From positions 1,650,001 to 1,682,000 of the forward strand of contig CP126532.1 of assembly GCA_030167145.1 (NCBI GenBank): DNA of 32,000 nucleotides. The letters run 5' to 3'. This document shows, one piece after another, positions 1 to 8,128 of the stretch (positions are counted from its first letter, which is position 1; every line of letters begins with the position of its first letter). The DNA is from Ktedonobacterales bacterium (GTDB taxonomy: Bacteria; Chloroflexota; Ktedonobacteria; Ktedonobacterales; JADMIN01). The notes beneath the pieces were generated by a model. That model saw only the letters and a list, made by a program, of their open reading frames with translations, was not told the DNA's origin and searched no databases. Position numbers and translations under genes: made by a program.

Positions 1-534
1 CTCGCCATTGTAGAGGCCGCGATAGCCATGATCTTCGAAGACCGCGAAGTCGTCTGGCGTGATAACGCCCGCATCGCGCGCCGCCTTGAACAGTTCGCGA
101 TGATAGCGTTTGAGTTTGTCGCGCTCCTCGATGCGCAGGCGTGCTTCCTCGCGGTCCTCGGCCAGTTCATCGCGGCGCGTGCGAACGGCGAAGTAGGTCT
201 GCCCCAGGGCGACGATCTCTTTGGAGGGGTCGGCGTTCTGGACAATGAGATAGCAAGCGTAGCGCGATAGATGCACGTCATCTACCGCGCGTTGCGAGCC
301 AGAGCCAAGTTGCACCATATGCACCATGTGGTGCATATGGTCTTCCACAGGTTGTCCGCTATTCTTACACGCCTCTTCCGCCTTCTTGATGACATCCGTG
401 AATTTCTGCCAGCGGCTGTAATCGAGGAGTTTCGCTAGCTCGCGGGCGGACCAGAATTCGCCGTCGGCATCGGTGTGCTTGATGCGTTCGAAGGGCGAGA
501 TGCGTCCGGTTGTGGTGGTTGGGTCGTCTGGCAT
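1..534 (-). CDS. dinD: DNA-damage-inducible protein D (DinD) homologue, 3' end cut by the window edge
   Basis: Absent from the ORF track because it runs off the left edge. Hand translation from ATG (complement of 532-534) gives 178 codons without a stop: MPDDPTTTTGRISPFERIKHTDADGEFWSARELAKLLDYSRWQKF...LSRYACYLIVQNADPSKEIVALGQTYFAVRTRRDEL...DFAVFEDHGYRGLYNGE. These blocks match E. coli DinD as I remember it (LSRYACYLVVQNGDP, GQTYFAIQTRR, HGYQGLYGG). The SD-like AAAGGTGA lies just upstream. Confidence 0.8.
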   Translation of the reverse strand, partial: MPDDPTTTTGRISPFERIKHTDADGEFWSARELAKLLDYSRWQKFTDVIKKAEEACKNSGQPVEDHMHHMVHMVQLGSGSQRAVDDVHLSRYACYLIVQNADPSKEIVALGQTYFAVRTRRDELAEDREEARLRIEERDKLKRYHRELFKAARDAGVITPDDFAVFEDHGYRGLYNGE

Positions 535-600
535 GTGGCTCACCTTTCATCATCGAGCATATGGCTGACGGTGTTTCGCTGGTTCGTGGTGGCGTGTGGG

Positions 601-2682
601 CTAGTCGCCGCTCCGGACGCCTGGCGGCGCATCGTGGTCGTTGGTGCGCCTGCCGCGCCCGAAGGGCCAGAGGCGGCGTCCCGGCTGCGATGCGGAAGGC
701 GGCGGCGTGGCAGTGGCCGAGCCGAGCGAGCCAGTGGTGGGTGGGCGCTGTGGCGGAACGGGCGCAGAGTAGCCCTCTAGCGGGCGCGTTGGGCGCAGGG
801 TGTTGGGGTCAATGGCTTGCAAGGGGCGCGTGATCTGCCCGGCATCGGGGTCCAGGTCTTCGAGCGGATGCGTGGCGGCAACCGGCGCGAGGACGGAAGC
901 CGCCGATGCGGCGGTTGCGACGTGCTGGCTGCCGGGCGCAGGCGGTGTGCTGGGCGCGGCGGCCATGGCGGGCTGTGGGCGCGCGGAGGGAGCCGGAGCA
1001 TCGGCATCGGCCAGCGCGCTGAGCCGGTCCATTGCCTCGCGGGCGGTGCGTTTCGCATCGGCGTCTGCCTGGCGGGCAGCGGTGGTGGCGAGGAAACGAT
1101 AGTTATCTAGCTCCACCACGAAGCCAGGGCCATAGAGCCGTGCCTGGCTGGCCATGCCCGCGCCCGGCGGCTGGATGCGCAGCCCCAGGCGGCGCAGTGG
1201 GGCGCTATCACGCGGGAGCCAGAGTAGCGAGGCCAGCAGGCGCAGATCGTCCATGGATTCAAGATAGCGCAGGCCACCAGCGGAGCCAGCGGCGATGAGC
1301 CGCTCGACAAGCCGCTGGCGCGCTTCTTCTTGCTCGCGGACACGCGGGTCTTCGCCGGGGTTCCAGTCTTCGGCGGTGACGAGCGCGGAGGGCGGTGGCG
1401 GCGGCGCGGGACGGTGGCGTGGGCGCAGCGACTTGAGCCAGATGTCGTCGTCCACCAGCGGCAGGGGCGAGCCGCCATGCAGTTCGAGCCAGCGGTCGAG
1501 CCGCACCTGGGCGTCGCTCTGGGGGCGCTGCTGCACCCAGATGGCGGCGTGGATCGCGCCGGAGGCGTTCCAGAGGTACTGGCGCGCGCGCTGGGTGGCG
1601 TCCTCGCCGCCCTCGGCCAGATCGCGCGAGCGGCGCAGCAGCGCGGCGATGGCCTGGGTCTGTTGCAAGCGCAGCGAGATGGCGGAGTGGATGCGCTCGG
1701 TGAGGTCCACCAGCGCCAGGCTGATCGCTTTCGCGCCCTCGCGCCACGAACCGGGGCCGCTTTCGGCCATCAATCGCTCGAAGATGACCAGTTCGTGCGC
1801 GACATCGCGGGCGACCTGATCGAGTCGTTCGCGGCGCTCGTCTTCGGTTTCGCCGAGGCCGACGCTCCATTCTTCTTCGCGCTCGCGCAGGGTTTCTTGC
1901 AGGCGGCGCACGTTCTCGCCTTCGTGGCGTTCGTCGCGCAGCGCGTCCAGCCGCTCGCGCACCTTGGCCGCACCCTCGGCGGCGACGCGGAAGAACTTCT
2001 CGTGGAGGATGCCGAGGCGGTCGGCGATTTCAGCGAGCAATTCGGGATGGTTACCATCCACGCGCAGCGAGCGCAGTTCGCGGGCGAAATCGCGCGATTC
2101 GGTGATGATGCCGTGGAGCGCCTGGCGTAGCGATTGCCAGGCGGTGTGGCAACGCAGGGGGTCGGTGTCTTCGTAGCGCAGTTCTTCGAGGAGGGTATCG
2201 AGCGCGGCGATGGCCTGGGCGAAGTAGTTGGCGCTGAGGCTGATGTAGCGCCGCCGCAGCGCCCGTTGGATCTCATCCCAGTGCGGCAGAAAGACGCGCA
2301 GCGCGCGGGCGAGCGCATAGTCACGTTCGACGCGCCGCCGCAGGCCATCGCGCTCGGCGCGTTCGGGGGCGAGGCCGCCATCTACGGCCTGCCAGCCTTC
2401 AAGCTGGCGCAGCACTTCGACAACTTCGCCGCGTGGGTCGTCGGGCAAGGGTTGGCCGCGCAGGCGCAGCACGGCTTCGAGGTCGGCGGCCAGTTCATCC
2501 ACAGAGACGCCGACGCGGCCCTCTAGCTCTTGTAGGCGCAATGAGGCGAGAATGACGGCGCGGCGCTGCTGGCGCAGGCCGCCTTCGTCGCCGACGAAGG
2601 CGCGCAGGAATTCCGGCGGGCCAGCGATGAGGGTTTCCGCCGCGCGGGAAAGGTCGGCTATACGCTGTTCGTCAATGGCCAC
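601..2682 (-). CDS. Hypothetical 693-aa Arg/Glu/Leu-rich helical protein with a roughly 130-aa Pro/Ala/Thr-rich C-terminal tail, function unknown
   Basis: Longest ORF in the region, with GC-rich third codon positions. GTG start is preceded by GGCGGAGGATCGC. I see no Walker A or any recognisable catalytic motif. The competing ORFs in the other frames are Arg/Pro-rich junk. Confidence 0.75.
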   Translation of the reverse strand: MAIDEQRIADLSRAAETLIAGPPEFLRAFVGDEGGLRQQRRAVILASLRLQELEGRVGVSVDELAADLEAVLRLRGQPLPDDPRGEVVEVLRQLEGWQAVDGGLAPERAERDGLRRRVERDYALARALRVFLPHWDEIQRALRRRYISLSANYFAQAIAALDTLLEELRYEDTDPLRCHTAWQSLRQALHGIITESRDFARELRSLRVDGNHPELLAEIADRLGILHEKFFRVAAEGAAKVRERLDALRDERHEGENVRRLQETLREREEEWSVGLGETEDERRERLDQVARDVAHELVIFERLMAESGPGSWREGAKAISLALVDLTERIHSAISLRLQQTQAIAALLRRSRDLAEGGEDATQRARQYLWNASGAIHAAIWVQQRPQSDAQVRLDRWLELHGGSPLPLVDDDIWLKSLRPRHRPAPPPPPSALVTAEDWNPGEDPRVREQEEARQRLVERLIAAGSAGGLRYLESMDDLRLLASLLWLPRDSAPLRRLGLRIQPPGAGMASQARLYGPGFVVELDNYRFLATTAARQADADAKRTAREAMDRLSALADADAPAPSARPQPAMAAAPSTPPAPGSQHVATAASAASVLAPVAATHPLEDLDPDAGQITRPLQAIDPNTLRPTRPLEGYSAPVPPQRPPTTGSLGSATATPPPSASQPGRRLWPFGRGRRTNDHDAPPGVRSGD

Positions 2683-2745
2683 GCGATCCTCCGCCTGGAA
2701 AGCTGGCTCTGGCCAGGCAGCACGCTTTATCGCTCAATTCAGCGC

Positions 2746-2754
2746 AGTATAACA
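2746..2754 (-). promoter_or_regulatory. Candidate extended -10 promoter (TGTTATACT on the minus strand) for the 693-aa gene
   Basis: Reverse complement of AGTATAACA reads TGTTATACT, about 60 nt upstream of the GTG at 2682. The same TGnTAnAnT pattern recurs upstream of other genes here. A small hairpin GGCAC-TCTGT-GTGCC overlaps the -35 zone. Confidence 0.3.
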
Positions 2755-2833
2755 CGGGGCACTCTGTGTGCCGCGCCAGATCCGGTAAGCGTGCCCAAAG
2801 GTACCATGCGCAGGGGGCACAAAAGGGGACTGG

Positions 2834-3145
2834 TCACGGGGTGTCGTCGAGTAGGAGCGGGGTGACGATTTGCCAGAGGAGGTCGGCAATGGCGGCGGTG
2901 GGCGTGGCGCCGTGGCCGATGAGCGAGGCGGCTTCGGCAGCGGTGAGCGGAAGGCGGATGCCCGCATAGCAGCGGCTGGCGAGATCGGGGGCGTCGGTCA
3001 TAGGAGTAAACGCGCGCCACTCGCGGATGATATCGGCGCCGGAGTGGGCGAGAATCGCGGCGCGCGCCTCTTGGGCGCTGACAGTGTGCGCGCCAAAGAG
3101 CGTGATCGCTTCGATGATGGTGGTGTTCGAGTCCTTCGGACGCAT
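2834..3145 (-). CDS. Hypothetical 103-aa protein
   Basis: ATG ORF with strongly GC-biased third positions and a plausible globular composition (MRPKDSNTTIIEAITLFGAHTVSAQEARAAILAHSGADIIREWRAF...). The overlapping 162-aa ORF in another frame is Arg/His junk. No family recognised. Confidence 0.55.
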   Translation of the reverse strand: MRPKDSNTTIIEAITLFGAHTVSAQEARAAILAHSGADIIREWRAFTPMTDAPDLASRCYAGIRLPLTAAEAASLIGHGATPTAAIADLLWQIVTPLLLDDTP

Positions 3146-3383
3146 GAGTTTGTTTGTCCACTCTTCCTAATTCGGCGTAGGAGTAGGTATGATGGTGCAG
3201 GGTTGTGTACACCCGAATACAAAGCATAACGTACCGATGCCACGAGCATGTGCAGCCAGTCGTGAATCGGGCGGGGGAAGCAGCGACGAAGCTGGGGTGG
3301 AACTCTGCGCGCCCGCTGGGCGTCTTGCATTGGGGTATCGTGTGGATGGATAGAGTGGCTAGCGCGAAGGGAATAGAAGCGGA

Positions 3384-4067
3384 ATGATTGGTCTGCGCGC
3401 AAACGGGATAGGGTCAAGGCGGGTGTGCGCCGCGCTGCTGATGCTGTTAACACTGGCGATGAGTGCGGGCTGCGCGATTGGTCCGACGGCAAAGGGAACA
3501 CCACAGCCGACCGCACGGCCTACATTTACGCCGACGCTGATTCCCACAGCAACCAGCACGCCATCGGGGCCAATGGCGGCCACAGCCATGCTCGGAGCCG
3601 CGCCAACATCGTGCCCGGAGGTGCCGCAGGTGGAGACGATGAACTTTCCCCAGGGATTCCGGGGCTTTCAGGGCAGTGTGACGTTGTATGGCGGTGGGCC
3701 GGCCTGGATTCCAGGCGCGTATTTTCCCCGAACGATCCACCTGAATGGGCAGGGATTCGCGGATTGGCCGGTGACGAAGGTGATCTGGGAGATTGGTCCT
3801 GACTTCAGCGATCCGGTGACGGCGCAGGTGATGAATTTGGAGACAGGCGAGGTGGCGTGGTGGGTGCGCGATACGCCGCCGACGTTTTCGACGCAGACAC
3901 TGGTGCTGGATGTGAATATTCCCAGCCCGGCAATGGACCATGGCGCTTCGGAGCCAGGGTGGCATGCGTGGGGATCGTCGCTGCTGTTGACACGCGCGGG
4001 GTGCTATAGCATGGTGGTGGCGTGGCAGGGCGGCGAGTGGCGCACGGTGTTTGCCGCCGGGCGCTAG
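3384..4067 (+). CDS. Putative lipoprotein, function unknown
   Basis: N-terminus MIGLRANGIGSRRVCAALLMLLTLAMSAGC has a basic n-region, a hydrophobic core and a lipobox-like SAGC. A Thr/Pro-rich linker and a globular domain follow. Confidence 0.7.
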   Translation: MIGLRANGIGSRRVCAALLMLLTLAMSAGCAIGPTAKGTPQPTARPTFTPTLIPTATSTPSGPMAATAMLGAAPTSCPEVPQVETMNFPQGFRGFQGSVTLYGGGPAWIPGAYFPRTIHLNGQGFADWPVTKVIWEIGPDFSDPVTAQVMNLETGEVAWWVRDTPPTFSTQTLVLDVNIPSPAMDHGASEPGWHAWGSSLLLTRAGCYSMVVAWQGGEWRTVFAAGR

Positions 4068-4176
4068 CAGAAGAGCGCGAAGAGCCAGCCTGATGCCAGA
4101 GGACGCCGCCCGCGAACACGCGAATGCTGCTCCTTCGAGGGGAAAGAGCGGCCAGGACGACAGTAGCAACCGGATG

Positions 4177-5019
4177 CTACATGGTCATTTCGAATTCCAT
4201 GTCCATGCCGAAGCCAGCGGCCATCTTGCAGATTTCGTCACGCTGCGATGAGACCAGCGCGAAATCGCGGGAGCGGAGGGCCGTGCTAGCCCAGGCGCGT
4301 TCGCGCGGACGCCAGGTGACATGCTGCATGTAGAGCGGCCACATCTCGCGGGTGATGCGCTCGATGGCGCGCTTGGTCTTGTTGGTGGTGCGCTCCAGGA
4401 GCAGCTTTTCGTAGCAGACGCCGGAGCCGTGGTGGATACCGTCGTCAATGGCGATGCGGGTGCAGATGTCGGAGAGCACGGTGCCCTGGGAGGCGGCGGC
4501 GATCTGGTGGAAGCGGGGAATGACGAGGCCCTCGAAGGCGCACTGGAAGAGCCAGATTTGCTCTTCCAGTGTATCGGCGTTCATCGTCAGCTTGCCGAGC
4601 TGTTCGAGGTAGGGGTCTGGCTCGCAGACGCCGCCGATCTCGTTGCAGAGGCGCATCCAGGCTTCGCAGTGGCGGCTCTCATCGTTGGTCATGGTGGTGT
4701 AGTAGAGTTGCGCCTCGAAATCTGGCGCGGCGGTGAAGAGCTGGACGGCCATCTGCACGGCAATGATGTCGGCTTGAAGTTGCTGGGTGACGACGGAGCG
4801 CCACATACTGTGGCGGCGCGCCTTCTTTTCGGCGGAGCCGCTGCCTTCGGGGACCGGCGCGACTTCGCCCCAGGGAAGCTGCCGGACATCCCAGGCCTGC
4901 CGTTTGGCGAGGTTGTAGAAGCGTGTCATGCCGTCGGCGGTGGCTTGCGCTACACTGATCTGTTCTTCACTGGTCGTATCCGTAGCCACGTCGGTAGTCA
5001 CGTCGGTATCAAGCGACAC
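4177..5019 (-). CDS. Ferritin-like diiron-carboxylate protein (R2/AurF-like fold), function unknown
   Basis: Contains ExxH (NDESRHCEAW) and DxxH (IDDGIHHG) pairs with upstream acidic residues, typical of four-helix-bundle diiron proteins. GTG start has AAGGGGG 5 nt upstream. Confidence 0.7.
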   Translation of the reverse strand: MSLDTDVTTDVATDTTSEEQISVAQATADGMTRFYNLAKRQAWDVRQLPWGEVAPVPEGSGSAEKKARRHSMWRSVVTQQLQADIIAVQMAVQLFTAAPDFEAQLYYTTMTNDESRHCEAWMRLCNEIGGVCEPDPYLEQLGKLTMNADTLEEQIWLFQCAFEGLVIPRFHQIAAASQGTVLSDICTRIAIDDGIHHGSGVCYEKLLLERTTNKTKRAIERITREMWPLYMQHVTWRPRERAWASTALRSRDFALVSSQRDEICKMAAGFGMDMEFEMTM

Positions 5020-5102
5020 ACCGGCCCCCTTTATGTGAGAATGCGGCGTGAAGACCCTAGCTTGAGCTATGGGGAGGAAACGCCGCGCGCCCTTAGGCGC
5101 TC

Positions 5103-5132
5103 TTGACTGCTTCTCCGTAACTGTACTATACT
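5103..5132 (+). promoter_or_regulatory. Near-consensus sigma-70-type promoter (TTGACT, 18-nt spacer, TATACT) with no annotated gene behind it
   Basis: TTGACT at 5103-5108 and TATACT at 5127-5132. The next convincing + strand CDS starts at 5710 and has its own promoter. Confidence 0.4.
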
Positions 5133-5137
5133 GGTTG

Positions 5138-5343
5138 CATACCGTCGGGCCGGCGGGAATTCACGCTTGTGGAGGCGTCTTCGGGACGCGACATGACGGT
5201 GTAAGACGTGCAAGGCTCCTTCGGGAGCCAATGGGCGCAGTCGTCAGCCCAAGAATCCCCTGCCTTCAGGCATGGGGAGTGGTCAACGCTGTAGCCTGCT
5301 GAACATCGCTGCTGATGGCGCGTACCAACTGGTACGCGCCATC
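5138..5343 (+). ncRNA. Candidate structured RNA or leader of unknown family
   Basis: Starts just downstream of the 5103-5132 promoter. Closing helix ATACCGTC (5139-5146) pairs with GACGGTGT (5195-5202). Hairpins: GCGTC-TTCGG-GACGC (5175-5189), GGCTCC-TTCG-GGAGCC (5214-5229), CCCCTGCC-TTCA-GGCATGGGG (5257-5277) and a perfect 14-bp stem GATGGCGCGTACCA-AC-TGGTACGCGCCATC (5314-5343). No convincing ORF. Boundaries are uncertain. Confidence 0.25.
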
Positions 5344-5629
5344 GTGCTATGCTACCACGCGCGCGACGCGAGATACCGCACACTAGATACTATGGCTGCG
5401 CATCGTACCGCGCCTCACGATGCTACGATGCGCGGAATACGCGCGAATCCCAGTTGGTACGACATACTGCGTCGGTAGCGCCGCCATTCTATCATGTCGC
5501 GGCGCGTCTGTCATCTCCTGGCAGACCATGCACGCTTCTTGGGAGCGAACTGTACGACAGCGGGTGACGCCTCATCATATGAGGCGTGACACGAGAGCGT
5601 CAGACCCAACTGCTGCAAATTTCCCCCTC

Positions 5630-5679
5630 TTGACACAGACGCTATTCTGCGTTACTATATAGTAGTACTCTGTACTACT
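5630..5679 (+). promoter_or_regulatory. Promoter (TTGACA, 17-nt spacer, TACTAT) with an overlapping inverted repeat, likely the PadR operator
   Basis: TTGACA at 5630-5635 and TACTAT at 5653-5658. Inverted repeat AGTAGTAC (5661-5668), TCT, GTACTACT (5672-5679) lies at or after the expected start site, directly upstream of the PadR gene. Confidence 0.5.
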
Positions 5680-5709
5680 GGATACCAGCAATACACACTA
5701 GTAGGAGGG

Positions 5710-6039
5710 GTGATTCTTCTGGATAACTTAACGGAAATGCTGAAAGGCGTGTTGGAGGGCTGTGTCCTTGAGATTATTAGCCGTAAGCAAACCTACGGTT
5801 ACGAAATCACACGGCAGCTTCATGCCCTCGGATTCACGGACGTGGTGGACGGAACGGTGTACACCATTCTGGTTCGGCTTGAAAAAAACAAGCTCGTGGA
5901 TGTCGAGAAAAAGACGTCCGATATGGGGCCGCCGAGAAAGTTCTTTGCGCTCAACGACGCGGGGCGCGAGGAATTACGCCGGTTCTGGGCAAGATGGGAG
6001 TTCGTCGCGTCGAAGCTCAACGAGCTAAAGGAGGCGTAG
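5710..6039 (+). CDS. PadR-family transcriptional regulator
   Basis: LKGVLEGCVLEIISRKQTYGYEITRQL...DGTVYTILVRLEKNKLV is the canonical PadR winged-helix signature. GTG start has AGGAGG upstream. Confidence 0.9.
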   Translation: MILLDNLTEMLKGVLEGCVLEIISRKQTYGYEITRQLHALGFTDVVDGTVYTILVRLEKNKLVDVEKKTSDMGPPRKFFALNDAGREELRRFWARWEFVASKLNELKEA

Positions 6040-6041
6040 GT

Positions 6042-6401
6042 ATGAGCGGACTATTTGCGTACTTCAAACGTATCGCGCGTGAGAAGCGCGAGTTCAGGCA
6101 AATGCAGGCACGAGCGAAAGCCCTGCCGGAAGACTACGCCTATGTGTACCACAAAATTCAGTACTACATGTGGGGTCACGCGGGTGGGGATGGTATGGAC
6201 ACGATACCAATACTCGCCGATTTGGTCGAGCTGTTCGAAACGGGCGCGGCGGAGGGCAAGCCGGTGTTAGAGGTTACGGGCGAGGACGTAGCCGCGTTTT
6301 GCGACGAGCTGCTGCGTAACGCCAAGACGTGGACGGGAAACCGGCGCGAGGCGCTGAACCGCGACATTCTGAACAAACTCGGAAAGGGAACCGGTGCTTA
6401 G
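6042..6401 (+). CDS. DUF1048-family protein, a common PadR-operon partner
   Basis: MSGLFAYFKRIAREKREFRQMQARAKALPEDYAYVYHKIQYYMW...GKPVLEVTGEDVAAFCDELL matches the DUF1048 pattern as I remember it. I chose the ATG at 6042 (GGAGG upstream) rather than the track start at 5994, which overlaps the PadR gene. Confidence 0.8.
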   Translation: MSGLFAYFKRIAREKREFRQMQARAKALPEDYAYVYHKIQYYMWGHAGGDGMDTIPILADLVELFETGAAEGKPVLEVTGEDVAAFCDELLRNAKTWTGNRREALNRDILNKLGKGTGA

Positions 6402-7163
6402 ATGACAGACGTTGCGATTCAAGTGAACGATTTGCGGAAGTCTTTCAAAGATGCACACGTCCTGAAAGGCGTTGACTTCGACGTGCGGCGCGGCGAGATT
6501 TTCGCCCTGCTCGGCTCGAACGGCGCGGGCAAGACGACGACTATAAACATCCTCTCAACGCTGTTGAAGTCCGATGGTGGTAGCGCGAGCGTCTGCGGCT
6601 TCGACGTGCAGCGTCAATCCGAAAAGGTGCGTGAGAGCATCAGCCTGACGGGGCAGTTCGCCGCCGTGGACGGCATCCTCACGGGACGTGAAAATCTTGT
6701 GCTGATTGCCAAACTGCGCGGAGTTGCCGACGCGCGCAAAACCGCCGATATGTTGCTTTCACGGTTTGGGCTGCGTGACGCGGCGAACCGTCGGGCGGAC
6801 GCGTATTCCGGCGGTATGGCTCGTCGGCTCGACATCGCGATGAGCCTGGTCGGAACGCCCGCCGTGATCTTCCTTGACGAGCCGACGACTGGACTCGACC
6901 CAGAGGCGCGGCTTGAAGTCTGGAAAACCGTCAAGGAACTTGCCGACGGCGGTACGACGATTCTGCTGACGACACAACATCTCGAGGAAGCGGAGCGCCT
7001 CGCCGACCGAATCGCCATCCTGCACGGAGGGAAAATCATTGCGAGTGGGACACTAGACGAACTCAAAAAGCTGTTCCCGCCCGCGGAGGTCGAGTACATC
7101 GAAAAACAGCCGTCATTGGAGGACATTTTCCTCGCAATCGTCGGTCAAACGGGGGGCAAGTAA
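6402..7163 (+). CDS. ABC transporter ATP-binding protein (DrrA/ABC-2 type exporter)
   Basis: Walker A GSNGAGKTT, signature YSGGMARRL and Walker B IFLDEPTTGLD. The start codon directly follows the upstream stop. Confidence 0.93.
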   Translation: MTDVAIQVNDLRKSFKDAHVLKGVDFDVRRGEIFALLGSNGAGKTTTINILSTLLKSDGGSASVCGFDVQRQSEKVRESISLTGQFAAVDGILTGRENLVLIAKLRGVADARKTADMLLSRFGLRDAANRRADAYSGGMARRLDIAMSLVGTPAVIFLDEPTTGLDPEARLEVWKTVKELADGGTTILLTTQHLEEAERLADRIAILHGGKIIASGTLDELKKLFPPAEVEYIEKQPSLEDIFLAIVGQTGGK

Positions 7164-7916
7164 ATGAAAATCTTGCATGACACCGAAGTGCTGTTCGGGC
7201 GTTCTATGCGCCACATTCTGCGCAGCCCGGACACGATTATCACGGTCTTAATTACACCACTTGCGATGATGTTGCTGTTTGTCTACGTGTTCGGCGGCGC
7301 AATCCGGGCTGGAACCGGCGCCTATGTGAATTACCTGTTGCCGGGCATCCTGCTGATTGCCATTGCCAGCGGAATAGCCTACACCGCCCTGCGGTTGTTC
7401 ACAGACAGACAGAAAGGGCTGTTCGCGCGATTTCACTCGATGCCTGTGGCCCGTTCGTCCATCTTGTGGGCGCACGTGCTGACGTCGCTTGTTTCTAACG
7501 CCATTTCGGTTGTGGTGATTGTCCTCATCGCCCTCCTCATGGGCTTCCGCTCAGGTGCGGGCGTGTTGGAGTGGCTGGAGGTAACGGGAATACTCGCGCT
7601 GTTCACGCTGGCTCTGACGTGGCTCGCGGTTATACCGGGACTGACGGCAAAATCCGTAGAAGGCGCAAGCGCGTTCGCGTACCCGCTCATCTTCCTGCCG
7701 TTCATAAGTTCCGCCTTCGTCCCGACCGCGACCATGCCCGCCGTCGTCCGCGTGTTTGCGGAGAACCAGCCCGTCACGGCTATCGTTGATACGGTGCGTT
7801 CCCTGTTGAACTCGGAACCTATCGGAAACGAGATATGGATTGCCCTTGTCTGGTGCGTCGGGATTACCGTTGTGGCGTACTTCTTCGCCGTGAGGGCGTA
7901 CAAACGGATTGTATAA
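7164..7916 (+). CDS. ABC-2 type transporter permease
   Basis: 250-aa polytopic membrane protein with about six hydrophobic segments. It is translationally abutted to the ATPase (TAA then ATG). Confidence 0.85.
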   Translation: MKILHDTEVLFGRSMRHILRSPDTIITVLITPLAMMLLFVYVFGGAIRAGTGAYVNYLLPGILLIAIASGIAYTALRLFTDRQKGLFARFHSMPVARSSILWAHVLTSLVSNAISVVVIVLIALLMGFRSGAGVLEWLEVTGILALFTLALTWLAVIPGLTAKSVEGASAFAYPLIFLPFISSAFVPTATMPAVVRVFAENQPVTAIVDTVRSLLNSEPIGNEIWIALVWCVGITVVAYFFAVRAYKRIV

Positions 7917-7950
7917 CGCATGAGAACGCGGGTTACCGCAACAGTGATGT

Positions 7951-7985
7951 AAAAAGGGGGAGGGAACTATTACTCACCCCCTTTT
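7951..7985 (+). terminator. Intrinsic terminator-like hairpin after the ABC operon
   Basis: AAAAGGGGG, 16-nt loop, CCCCCTTTT. The A and T runs on both sides would allow bidirectional action. Confidence 0.6.
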
Positions 7986-8128
7986 CCTGCGATAGAGCGT
8001 CAGAGGCATCCAGAGGGTTGCAAGGATTGGCCAGAGGATACGATGCACAGGTTCCTTGCCGCGCTCTGCTATACTTCAGCCGGAGCGAACATTACGCAAT
8101 CGTGCCGACGTGTTGGGAGGGGGAATTG

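Noticed and set aside
28-553. Track ORFs 28-270 (+) and 365-553 (-) at the left edge
   Set aside because: Both are out of frame with, or antisense to, the DinD-homologous reading frame. That frame translates cleanly from 534 down to position 1.
601-2682. Calling the 693-aa protein JetA and the locus a Wadjet system
   Set aside because: The resemblance is only a vague architectural one from memory. No JetB, SMC-like JetC ATPase or JetD/Toprim gene is adjacent, and the downstream gene is dinD. The idea is kept only as a testable hypothesis inside the finding.
5138-5343. Assigning the candidate RNA to a known class (RNase P, tmRNA, 6S, or cobalamin, TPP, ZTP, guanidine or fluoride riboswitches)
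   Set aside because: None of the consensus cores I know is present on either strand (for example GAGGAAAGUCC, the tmRNA tag ORF and ...UCCACCA 3' end, CUGAGA, or ACGR loops). It is left as an unknown family.
5069-5662. Several 68-85-aa ORFs in the 5020-5709 intergenic region, and a 3-codon ORF (ATG at 5192) after GGAGG
   Set aside because: They show no SD at proper spacing and no GC3 bias. The translations are Arg/Cys/His-rich, and the ORFs overlap each other on both strands. The region is better explained as non-coding structured sequence.
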